From an uncultured Poribacteria bacterium (GTDB lineage Bacteria > Poribacteria > WGA-4E > WGA-3G), in assembly GCA_951813565.1 (NCBI GenBank), contig OX638351.1:4128001-4192000 (forward strand): a stretch of 64,000 nt of DNA, written 5' to 3'. Made by a program: the position numbers and the translations under genes. The notes under the pieces were generated by a model that ran no database searches, was not told the DNA's origin, and saw nothing but the letters and a program-made list of their open reading frames with translations. Each line of letters starts with the position of its first letter. Position 1 is the stretch's first letter. Shown here one piece after another: positions 1-8,825 of the stretch.

Positions 1-68
1 AAGGAATTGAGGCACATGAAAAACGTAAACATGAAAAACAAAAAACTGGTTTTAATCTGTGTAGACAT
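1..68 (-). CDS. 5' end of a probable secreted protein (runs off the window)
   Basis: ATG at 68 with GGGAG upstream; reads MSTQIKTSFLFFMFTFFMCLNS, signal-peptide-like. Confidence 0.55.
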   Translation of the reverse strand, partial: MSTQIKTSFLFFMFTFFMCLNS

Positions 69-307
69 AATGAAAACTCCCTAAATTATTTTCTCCAAAG
101 ATCAAAGCAATATGCCGGATATCTCGTTCTGAGGGATGATGCTTGTAGTTGAAGTATTGCAGGTTTGCATTCAGCCACACGATAAAGACGAGGATTGGGT
201 ATTCTGGCACATTTAGCATACCTATTAAGTATCTAACATTTTGCCAAAAAAGGCAAGGAGAATCTCATCTGTTTTCTTGATTTCCTTAGAAACTCGGCGA
301 TGTGAAA

Positions 308-1312
308 TCATTCATCCCAAGGCAGCGGCACGCCGAGGCGTTCACTCGCTGCGCGTGCGGATGCCTGTTCCATTTCACCGTAGCGGATACCTTCTTGACG
401 ATGTAACGCTGTCCGTTCTACTTCAATGGCACCTGGTAACAGTGCCTGATCTGTTCCGGGCAAAGGTTCATAAGTTTCACGGACATCACGCACCAACCGA
501 TCAACTTCAGCATGGAAAAGGTCGGGTGGCACAACGGATTCAACATGTATAGCAAGTACCATGCCGCCATGACGTGCCCCACTCCATTTTGCGGTATCTT
601 CCGGTGCTGGTTCAGTGAAACCGGTCAATGCTCCACCCAGTAGGCATGCCACGGCTGTATAGCCGATACTCTTAAAGAATGCAGCAGGAATTATGGAGAG
701 TAGTTCATCAAATTCTGGACCGCGTTGGTAATCTGCCATAATACATGTCGCCGCGTCAAGCACGACTGGCGGTTCATCGCCCGAAGGGATAGCAAAACAG
801 ATAGGTGGGTTACCGTAGTAGCCAAGTTGAGGCTTTGTATCTCTATTTCCAGCATTACCATGGTTTTGATACCCTTGCACCGAAAAACCGACACAACCCG
901 ATTCATTGCATAAACGGGCATAGTGTCCTGCTGAGCCGTAGTGACCAATGTAGCGGACGAGTCCCATTCCAATGCCTACCTCCTTTGCTTTGGCGATCGC
1001 GCGTTCAGTTGCCCGTACCATCGGAAGGTAACCGAGTGTGCCGTTGCCATCAAGCACAACGGCTGTCGGTGTTTCATGGATAACACGGATATTCGGGTTG
1101 GGATTGAGACTACCGTTTTCAAAACCTCCGCAGTAGCCGCTTAGCGTCCGTGTGCCGTGGCTACGCACACCACGCAAATCGGAATTCACGAGCAGACGAC
1201 TGATAATCGCGGCGTGTTCATGTGTAATCCCTGCTTTTTCAAAGCAGGTAGTGCTAAAGTTGAGAAGTCGTTCTTCGTCAACACGGATGAATTCTTCTGG
1301 CGGTCTATTCAT
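308..1312 (-). CDS. Ldh_2 (malate/L-lactate/ureidoglycolate dehydrogenase) family oxidoreductase
   Basis: DLRGVRSHG, HYGSAGHY and GNPPICFAIP motifs. Confidence 0.9.
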   Translation of the reverse strand: MNRPPEEFIRVDEERLLNFSTTCFEKAGITHEHAAIISRLLVNSDLRGVRSHGTRTLSGYCGGFENGSLNPNPNIRVIHETPTAVVLDGNGTLGYLPMVRATERAIAKAKEVGIGMGLVRYIGHYGSAGHYARLCNESGCVGFSVQGYQNHGNAGNRDTKPQLGYYGNPPICFAIPSGDEPPVVLDAATCIMADYQRGPEFDELLSIIPAAFFKSIGYTAVACLLGGALTGFTEPAPEDTAKWSGARHGGMVLAIHVESVVPPDLFHAEVDRLVRDVRETYEPLPGTDQALLPGAIEVERTALHRQEGIRYGEMEQASARAASERLGVPLPWDE

Positions 1313-1358
1313 AATTTTCTCCTATTTCGTATTGACACTATCAATTCAATGCCATATT

Positions 1359-2513
1359 TTATGGGTCAATTTGCTGATAGAACTGCTTTTCACCGTCTTT
1401 GATAGTGAAAATCACAGCGCTTTTAGTGGGTTGGCGATTTTCGTTATAACGTGCAATGCTTGTCGCACCAACATAATTTTCTGTGACAGCAAGTTGCTCA
1501 CGTATTGCATCTGGATCAAGACTACCTGCTCGTTCTATCGCTTCAAAAAGCAATTTGACAGCATCGTAGTTTACAGCCACACCTCCAGTAGGTGTAGATT
1601 CATAGACAGACATGTAAGTGTCAACAAAAGCGCGTGCATTCGGTTCATTTGTGTCCGGTGAAAAGTGACCGCTGAAGTAACTACCTTCTATTTCAGCATT
1701 TTCGTCGTCAAACAGGAGTGTACTGTCCCAAGAATCTGCGCCAAGAAAAACTGTGGGTTCACCAGCGGCGTTTTGCAACGGAATTGCCCGTGCCTGTTGT
1801 GTAATATCTACAATGTCTTGAACAAAACCCGCTGTGAAAAGCGCATCAGGTTTCATTTCTTCGATTTGTGTTAACTGCTCTGTAAAATCGGTTGTACCAC
1901 CTTCAAAGGACGCATTTGCAACCACATTTCCACCAAGTGAGGTAAAATTAGATGCAAAAAATTCGGATATCCCTTCTGTATAGAGGTCCCCGCTTCGTGT
2001 TATAATGGCAGCGGTTGAAATACCGAGTTCCATTTTCGCAAATTGTGCCATCACAGCACCTTGAAAACTGTCCGTAAACGCTGCCATAAACACAAAATCA
2101 CCGGCTTGCGTAACATTCGGGTTCGTTGCGGTGGTCGTAACCATCGGTATCCGATGTTTTTGTGCAACGGGACCTACCACAGCAGCGTGAGAAGAACGGT
2201 TTGGTCCAATCAGCGCGACGATTTCGTCTTCAACAATCAACGACTCAGCAAGTTGAACAGAGACATCCAATATTGCTTCTTTGTTAATATGGCCAATCAA
2301 TTCAACAGGCATACCAAATAGCCCGCCGCGTTGGTTAATTTCTGTTACCGCCATTTCTGCACCGTTTGGATAGGTAACCCGTTGTCCAGCAACGATAAAA
2401 CCGATTTTCACAGTTGGCTCTGGCGTAGGGGCAAGAACCTCTTTGACATTATCACATCCTATAAATGTTAACACTAACAAACTCACGCAAATTGTTGCTA
2501 TAAATTTCTGCAT
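1359..2513 (-). CDS. Branched-chain amino acid-type ABC substrate-binding lipoprotein (LivJ/LivK-like)
   Basis: Lipobox FIGC; EINQRGG, AFTDSFQG and YDAVKLL motifs. Confidence 0.88.
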   Translation of the reverse strand: MQKFIATICVSLLVLTFIGCDNVKEVLAPTPEPTVKIGFIVAGQRVTYPNGAEMAVTEINQRGGLFGMPVELIGHINKEAILDVSVQLAESLIVEDEIVALIGPNRSSHAAVVGPVAQKHRIPMVTTTATNPNVTQAGDFVFMAAFTDSFQGAVMAQFAKMELGISTAAIITRSGDLYTEGISEFFASNFTSLGGNVVANASFEGGTTDFTEQLTQIEEMKPDALFTAGFVQDIVDITQQARAIPLQNAAGEPTVFLGADSWDSTLLFDDENAEIEGSYFSGHFSPDTNEPNARAFVDTYMSVYESTPTGGVAVNYDAVKLLFEAIERAGSLDPDAIREQLAVTENYVGATSIARYNENRQPTKSAVIFTIKDGEKQFYQQIDP

Positions 2514-2758
2514 ATAAAGCTCCTTTGTTACGACATAGGAGTATGCCGACTCCTTAATCTTATGTAAAAAAAACCTTTTCTTAGTTTCAGATTTCTGTTA
2601 AAATGAAAAACTTATGCTGATGGTTTCGCCGCCTCGTTATCCTAAAATCAGCAACGAGGATAAGGTCTGGCTAATCAAACAAACTAATATAATTAATATC
2701 ATTAATTTATGATAATAAGCAAGTTATTTCTAAGAATGTTGTATAGGTCAATAAATTT

Positions 2759-3502
2759 ATGGAAACCTTAATCACAGTGATTGGTCGTGGGCATTCTGGG
2801 ACACGCGCTATATCACATACGTTGTACGCCAGCGGTGTTTATATGGGGAGTCAATTAAACCCGTCTGGCGATAAGATTCCGCCGCACGCAATGTACGATG
2901 CATGTAGAGTGATGGCAAAATATGTCAAATGGAAAGGCGGATTATCGTGGAATTTCGATCCGTTGTGGACGATACCGATTGACCCAGAGTTTGCGCAGCT
3001 TATCCATACTTATTTGTCGGATGTGCTGGATGACAAGTCTAAAAATAAAGGATGGAAAATACCAGAGACAACACTCGTGTATCCTTGGATAGCGCGTATG
3101 TTTCCAGAGGTCCGTTTTATCCATTGGATTCGTGATCCGAGGGATTGTATCTTAGGTAGTCACAAAACAGATAATTTACGCGACTTTGGCATTGAATATC
3201 AGCAAACGGATGATATTTTTGAAAGACGAGCGATTTCTTGGTACTATCAATATCAATTGATGAAAGCGACGCCGAAACCGAAACATGTAATTCAAATCCG
3301 ATTTGAGGATTTCGTGCTGAAACAAGAGGAGACACTCAAACGGCTTGAAGCATATTTAGACATGCCGTTAGGACGAATTATAGTGCGTCCAGAAGCGGTT
3401 GCACGTTGGAAAAAAGTTGACAAACCTTGTGGACTTCCTTTTGATTTTTTACGAGAGGCTATTGTTGAAAACGGTTATGCATTAACAGCAGATTCACCAT
3501 AA
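2759..3502 (+). CDS. Sulfotransferase family protein
   Basis: GRGHSGT 5'-PSB loop, GWKIP, IRDPRD 3'-PB motif, RFEDFV. Confidence 0.85.
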   Translation: METLITVIGRGHSGTRAISHTLYASGVYMGSQLNPSGDKIPPHAMYDACRVMAKYVKWKGGLSWNFDPLWTIPIDPEFAQLIHTYLSDVLDDKSKNKGWKIPETTLVYPWIARMFPEVRFIHWIRDPRDCILGSHKTDNLRDFGIEYQQTDDIFERRAISWYYQYQLMKATPKPKHVIQIRFEDFVLKQEETLKRLEAYLDMPLGRIIVRPEAVARWKKVDKPCGLPFDFLREAIVENGYALTADSP

Positions 3503-3525
3503 AATATTACAAAAGAGGAACTATT

Positions 3526-4551
3526 ATGCCCAAAAATGGAAAATTTCAAGTTGGCTTGGTTGGAACCGGGGGAATTGCCCGTGCCCATGGCGGTGCGTGC
3601 CAAGCAGCACCAAGTGCTGAATTAGCGGCAATCCATGATGTGTCAGAAGGTGCATTAGCCGGTTTTGGTGAGCAGTTTGATGTTGCTCCCGAAAATCGAT
3701 ATCTATCTTTAGATGAGATGTTGGAATCTGAAGATTTGGATATTGCGGTCATTTGTACGTGGGGTGCGTTCCACGCCGAAGTTGGAATTCAAATTTCAGA
3801 ATCCCGTCAAGTGAAAGCGATTCTATGTGAAAAACCTTTCACATCAACAGCTGCGGAAGCAGAGGCATTCGTTGGTGCAGCACAAGAAAACGGTGTCCTC
3901 GTCGCAGAAGCGTTTAAGTTTCGCCATCATCCGATGCATATCAAGGCAAAAGAATTAGTTGATTCGGGTGCAATCGGTGAGTTTATGACGCTCCGCAGCA
4001 CTTTCTGCACTGGTGGTGGGGGTGGCGGACCCGAAACCCGTAAACCCGAAGCAAATTGGCGGTTTAATAAAGCGAAGGGTGGCGGTAGTATTTACGATTT
4101 GGCGTGTTACAATATCCACCATGCACGGTTTATGTTCGGTGCTGAACCGATTCGGGTGTCGGGCGCGTCTCAAGCAGGATTGGAAGTTGATGATGCTTCC
4201 TACCTACTCTTAGTATTCCCCGATGAAAAAACTGCCCAGATTTCTACCGGTTTCAATTGTGCTGGTGGTCAGTATGCCGAAATGACAGGGTTAGGGGGCA
4301 TGCTTCGAATTGATGCCGCATGGAATAATGGCGGTTCTCCTGTTAATATTGTTCTGCAGAACAGGGATGGTCGTGAAGTAATTGATATTGATCCTGTTAA
4401 TCAGTTTGCATTGCAGCTTGAGCACATGTGCGAATGTTTGAAAACAGGACAACCGCACCGCATCTCACCCGAAAGCTGCATAAATCAGATGCGCGTTATT
4501 GATGCTGCTTTTGAGGCTATGGCAACTGGTCGAACGGTTGAATTAGGATAA
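3526..4551 (+). CDS. Gfo/Idh/MocA family oxidoreductase
   Basis: GLVGTGGIA Rossmann motif, CEKP, GGGSIYDLACY. Confidence 0.92.
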   Translation: MPKNGKFQVGLVGTGGIARAHGGACQAAPSAELAAIHDVSEGALAGFGEQFDVAPENRYLSLDEMLESEDLDIAVICTWGAFHAEVGIQISESRQVKAILCEKPFTSTAAEAEAFVGAAQENGVLVAEAFKFRHHPMHIKAKELVDSGAIGEFMTLRSTFCTGGGGGGPETRKPEANWRFNKAKGGGSIYDLACYNIHHARFMFGAEPIRVSGASQAGLEVDDASYLLLVFPDEKTAQISTGFNCAGGQYAEMTGLGGMLRIDAAWNNGGSPVNIVLQNRDGREVIDIDPVNQFALQLEHMCECLKTGQPHRISPESCINQMRVIDAAFEAMATGRTVELG

Positions 4552-4570
4552 CAAATTTAAATGGCAATCG

Positions 4571-4653
4571 GCTTTCAGTCTTCGGCTATCAGCAGAAATG
4601 GCTATAGACTGACAACTATTATTCTAACTGCTGATGGCTGATGGCTGACTGCT
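4571..4653. repeat. Degenerate heptamer (GCTGAYR) tandem repeats with inverted copies
   Basis: GCTATCAGC upstream; GCTGATG-GCTGATG-GCTGACT-GCTG at ~4630-4654. Confidence 0.5.
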
Positions 4654-4656
4654 GTT

Positions 4657-5370
4657 ATGCTGGCAACTATTATGGCAAATCTTGCTGAAACGAAAGCACT
4701 TACCTTCGACCTATTCGGAACAATTTTAGATTTAGGCGGCAGTCTTACACCTTTCATCCGTGAATCTTTAGATGCCCACGATGCTTCCGATATATTTGCG
4801 GGTGATTTTTGGGAACAGTGGCGCTACAGGCAACGGATTGAGCAGTATCAGGACACAATCATGATGCTTGGGCATAGCGGCTACCTGGAAACGGTGCGCC
4901 GTGCATTGCACTACACGCTCAGACGAAACGGCATAAATGCTTCAAGTGCTACAGTTGAAGCATTTATGCAAGGGTGGCATCACTTGTCTCCCTTTCCAGA
5001 AGTTTTACCTGCGCTTGAACGACTACAATCTCGGTATCAATTAGTGGTATTGTCCAACGGGGATCCAGAGTTTTTAGAATACCTTGTTACAGAAAGGGTT
5101 GCATGGGATTTTGACGATGTTATCTCTGTTACATCTGTGGGGGCATTTAAACCGCATCCAGCGGTCTATCGTGGTGCTGCAGGAAAACTGGGTCTTGAAG
5201 TTAGTGAGTGCCTAATGGTATCCGCGAACTCATTTGACATTATGGGTGCGCGGGCGTGTGGATATCGGGGTGCGTTTGTCAATCGTTACAACTTACCTTA
5301 TGAGGATACGCAATTTCAACCTGATGTGACTGTGAACGATTTTACGGAATTGGCAGACGCTTTGTTATAG
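4657..5370 (+). CDS. Haloacid dehalogenase type II-like HAD hydrolase (start may be 4672)
   Basis: FDLFGT motif I, LSNG, FKPHP, VSANSFD..GA. Confidence 0.88.
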   Translation: MLATIMANLAETKALTFDLFGTILDLGGSLTPFIRESLDAHDASDIFAGDFWEQWRYRQRIEQYQDTIMMLGHSGYLETVRRALHYTLRRNGINASSATVEAFMQGWHHLSPFPEVLPALERLQSRYQLVVLSNGDPEFLEYLVTERVAWDFDDVISVTSVGAFKPHPAVYRGAAGKLGLEVSECLMVSANSFDIMGARACGYRGAFVNRYNLPYEDTQFQPDVTVNDFTELADALL

Positions 5371-5385
5371 TCACATTCATTTCTG

Positions 5386-6006
5386 CTATTTAGTGCTATC
5401 TGAAGTGGTGATGTTCCATAGGAGTATCGTTCCATCCGCACTTCCACTCACGAGCGTCCTACCATCCGTATTGAATGTGATACTATTGACATCTCCTGTA
5501 TGTTCCTTGAAGATCCGAATGTGTTTACCTGTAGCGACATCCCACAGGCGGATAGTATTGTCCGCACTACCACTTGCGATTGTTTTTCCATCCGGACTAA
5601 ACGCTACGCTTTTGACATCACCCGTATGTCCTTTGAGTGCCTGCTTTTGTTCACCTGTGCCTATATCCCATAAACGGATAGCGTAATCTGCCCAACCTTC
5701 ACCACTTGCAAATGTTTTACCGTCAGGACTGAACGCAATACAAGTAACATTTCTTGTATGACCTGTCAGTAGTGCTATTTCTTTATAGGTTGCCGTATCA
5801 TAAAGCCAAATACTGATTGAGCTTGCGACCGCGAAGTGTTTGCCATCTGGGGAATATTGTATCTGACTGATATAGCCTTTACCTAACCTTGCTGTGGCAC
5901 CTTCAGGTAAACTGAATTGCGGAGAATCTTGTGCAAAAACGTTCGGAAGATATAATATTGAGAGGATATACAATATTGAGAAAATGATAAATGATCGGTT
6001 TTTCAT
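5386..6006 (-). CDS. Short secreted WD40-repeat protein lacking the dockerin/tail of its neighbours
   Basis: Signal peptide, LPEGATARLGKG, about 3-4 GH...FSPDG...WD repeats. Confidence 0.85.
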   Translation of the reverse strand: MKNRSFIIFSILYILSILYLPNVFAQDSPQFSLPEGATARLGKGYISQIQYSPDGKHFAVASSISIWLYDTATYKEIALLTGHTRNVTCIAFSPDGKTFASGEGWADYAIRLWDIGTGEQKQALKGHTGDVKSVAFSPDGKTIASGSADNTIRLWDVATGKHIRIFKEHTGDVNSITFNTDGRTLVSGSADGTILLWNITTSDSTK

Positions 6007-6128
6007 GCGGATTTCTTATTTTTACTGTGATTGATTGTAATACGCAGCATGTATCGATTAATGTGTGCATCTTCTGTTTTATAGTATTTCACAAAGATGA
6101 TGAAATGTCAACATTCACTTAAACAAAA

Positions 6129-6213
6129 CAGGGTTATTTATAGTGAACTTATTTACATAATTTACTATAAAATGTGAAAATATAGCCGAAAAATAGAAAA
6201 CTGAATAACCCTG
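6129..6213. mobile_element. ISAs1-type MITE remnant containing a TATAGT...ACTATA element
   Basis: TIR CAGGGTTATT/AATAACCCTG; flanks AAACAAAA/AAACAGAA; related copies at 18511-18719 and 59912-60163. Confidence 0.7.
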
Positions 6214-6262
6214 AAACAGAAAAGAGGGCAGACCGTATGCCTACCCTCAATAAATCTAAATA

Positions 6263-8815
6263 TTATTTCTTTATCAACATCTTTTGTGTGGCTGTGAATT
6301 TTCCTGCTGTTAGCGTGTAGAAATAGACACCACTTGCAACTGACTCACCGATCTCGTTTTTGCCGTCCCAGTACGCTGTGCTACCTTTGTGTTGGTAAAG
6401 TCCTGCCGATTGATGTCCTAAAACTAATGTTCGAATCAGTTTAGCATCTGAAGAATGTATCTGGATTAATACATCGGCGGATTCTGCCAACTGATACGGT
6501 ATCCAAGTTTCCGGGTTGAAGGGGTTTGGATAATTAGGCAATAGAACAGTCTTTTTCGGTGTCAATGCTACCAACAACTTTTCAAGGAAACGGATACCTT
6601 TTTGTGATGTTGCATCCATCAGGTCAACCTGCTGTGCTTGTATCAACCATTTTTGCACATCGGCTCTTGTAAACGCGAACTTTAAGTCACGACCTAATCC
6701 TAAAGGTGCAGCGGCTGCATCATCTATCGCACCTGCAACCTTAATAAGATCGGCAATATTAACGACACCATCACCATTCACATCTGCAGGATTTGGACCT
6801 GTTTGCCCGAAGTTTGCGGCAACAACAACTAAATCGTTAACATCAATAACTCCATCACCATTTATATCTGCTTCATGTCGCGTAGGGTTGAATAAGGCAG
6901 CGAAATCCCACAATAGTATTATTCCTGTATCGACCGATAGTGCAAGCGTCTTACCATCGGGGCTAATTGTAAGGTTATAAAAACCTTCTGGTATACCCCT
7001 AAGCATTAATTTGAGTGCACCACTTTCCGGATCCCAAAACCGCAATGTTCTATCTTCCCAACCTCCTGCAGTTACGAGCGTTCGCCCATCCGGACTGAAA
7101 ATAACATGCTTAAACTTGCCAACATGCCCAGTGATAATTGTGTTTCTCTCGCCAGTGTGGACATTCCACAAATGTGCTTCCTGACCACTCCCACCAGCCG
7201 CAATCGTGTTCCCATCCGGACTGAATACGATATCGGTAGTTTTTGGTATGGAGCCAGTGTATGTTGTAATTAGTTTTCTACTTGCGATGTCCCACAAATG
7301 TATTCCGGCACTATCGCCATATACGAACTTGCGACTATCCGGACTGAACGTAATGTCTCCAACCCCTTTCTCAATTCCAGTGAACGTCCAAAGAAGATCA
7401 CCTGTGGCAGCATCCCAAAAAATGGGTTTTAAGTTAGTAGCGAAAGTTGTGAGAATCCGTCCATCCGGACTGAAGGTGACGCGATAGATGTCACGTTCAT
7501 GTCCAATAATCGTTGCTTTCTGGGATCCAGAGGGAACATCCCATAACCTTATCGGGTAGTCATCAGCAAACCATCTATCCTCATAAATTACGCCGCCGCT
7601 ACTGGCTATAGTTTGCCCATCTGGACTAATGGCAACCGATATGACTGGACCTATGTGTCCGAGGAAGGTTTTTATGTTTTTGCCGGATGTCGTATCCCAC
7701 AGTCGCACCGTTTTATCCCTACTTCCACTCACAATTGTGTGTCCATCTGGACTGAACGCTATCTCTGAGAAACCGGAGATATGTCCAGTGATTGTGGTTC
7801 TTTGCTCAAGCTTCTCCGCATCCCACAGAATGATAGTTCCATCCTTACTATAACTCGCAAAAGTAGTTCCATCAAGACTATATGCCACACTCGCGACGTC
7901 GTCAGTATGTGCTATGAGCGTCGTCTTATAATTACCTGTAGAAACATCCCACAGACATACTGTATTATCCATGCTACCACTTGCAAGGGTGCTACCATCC
8001 GAGCTAAACGCGACATCGTTGACACCACCTATGTGTCCTATAAGGGTGTTTTTCAGGGTGCTACTTGCAATATCCCACAGGTTGACATGTGCGGTCCATC
8101 TACCGCCACAACTTGCTATTGTGCTGCTGTCTGGACTAAATGCGATATTCGCATCATAAGGAAATCTATCTTCTGCCAATATGAAAGTTGCTTTGAGTTC
8201 AACAGTAGCAACATCCCATAATTTCATCGTAGTATTTTCCCCCTCATAACCACAACTGACAAAAACCGTTCCATCTGGACTGTAGGCGATGGTATCAACA
8301 CCACTTTTATGCCCAATTATAGTTGCTTTCAGCTCTCCGCTTGAAACATCCCAAAACTTGACTGTTCTGTCTTTATTAGATTGACTACATGTCGCGATTG
8401 TTTTTCCATTGGGGTTGAATGCTATATTTGTGATATATTTGGTATGTGCAGATATAGTTAGTTTGAGATTGCCAGTGTCAACATCCCATAAAAAAAGTTC
8501 GGAAGTATTATTACATGCAAGTTTTTTCCCATCAGGACTGAATGCAATATTGGAATAATAGTCTAAATTACTTGATAGCAAATTTAGTTCTTTACCAGTG
8601 AATCCATCATAGAGCCAAATCCCAATAGGAGTTGTGACTGCGAGTAGAGAACTATCTGGCGAGAAGGTGATATTACCAGTTATCTCTCCTTTCCCGATAC
8701 GCATTTTTGCACCTTCGGGCAAGCCCAACTGCATGTAGTTTTGCGAAAAAGCATTTGGTGTAAAGCAAATTAAAATAAGAACAAGCAGTAAAATGGTGGA
8801 TCGTATCGTTTCCAT
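6263..8815 (-). CDS. Secreted WD40-repeat protein with dockerin-like EF-hand domain and FlgD/T9SS-like C-terminal tail
   Basis: Likely start METIRS at 8815 after AGGAGA; many WD40 repeats; DINGDGVIDVNDL/DVNGDGVVNIADL; NYPNPFNPETWIPYQL...YFYTL...KMLIKK. Confidence 0.9.
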   Translation of the reverse strand: METIRSTILLLVLILICFTPNAFSQNYMQLGLPEGAKMRIGKGEITGNITFSPDSSLLAVTTPIGIWLYDGFTGKELNLLSSNLDYYSNIAFSPDGKKLACNNTSELFLWDVDTGNLKLTISAHTKYITNIAFNPNGKTIATCSQSNKDRTVKFWDVSSGELKATIIGHKSGVDTIAYSPDGTVFVSCGYEGENTTMKLWDVATVELKATFILAEDRFPYDANIAFSPDSSTIASCGGRWTAHVNLWDIASSTLKNTLIGHIGGVNDVAFSSDGSTLASGSMDNTVCLWDVSTGNYKTTLIAHTDDVASVAYSLDGTTFASYSKDGTIILWDAEKLEQRTTITGHISGFSEIAFSPDGHTIVSGSRDKTVRLWDTTSGKNIKTFLGHIGPVISVAISPDGQTIASSGGVIYEDRWFADDYPIRLWDVPSGSQKATIIGHERDIYRVTFSPDGRILTTFATNLKPIFWDAATGDLLWTFTGIEKGVGDITFSPDSRKFVYGDSAGIHLWDIASRKLITTYTGSIPKTTDIVFSPDGNTIAAGGSGQEAHLWNVHTGERNTIITGHVGKFKHVIFSPDGRTLVTAGGWEDRTLRFWDPESGALKLMLRGIPEGFYNLTISPDGKTLALSVDTGIILLWDFAALFNPTRHEADINGDGVIDVNDLVVVAANFGQTGPNPADVNGDGVVNIADLIKVAGAIDDAAAAPLGLGRDLKFAFTRADVQKWLIQAQQVDLMDATSQKGIRFLEKLLVALTPKKTVLLPNYPNPFNPETWIPYQLAESADVLIQIHSSDAKLIRTLVLGHQSAGLYQHKGSTAYWDGKNEIGESVASGVYFYTLTAGKFTATQKMLIKK

Positions 8816-8825
8816 CTTTTTTCTC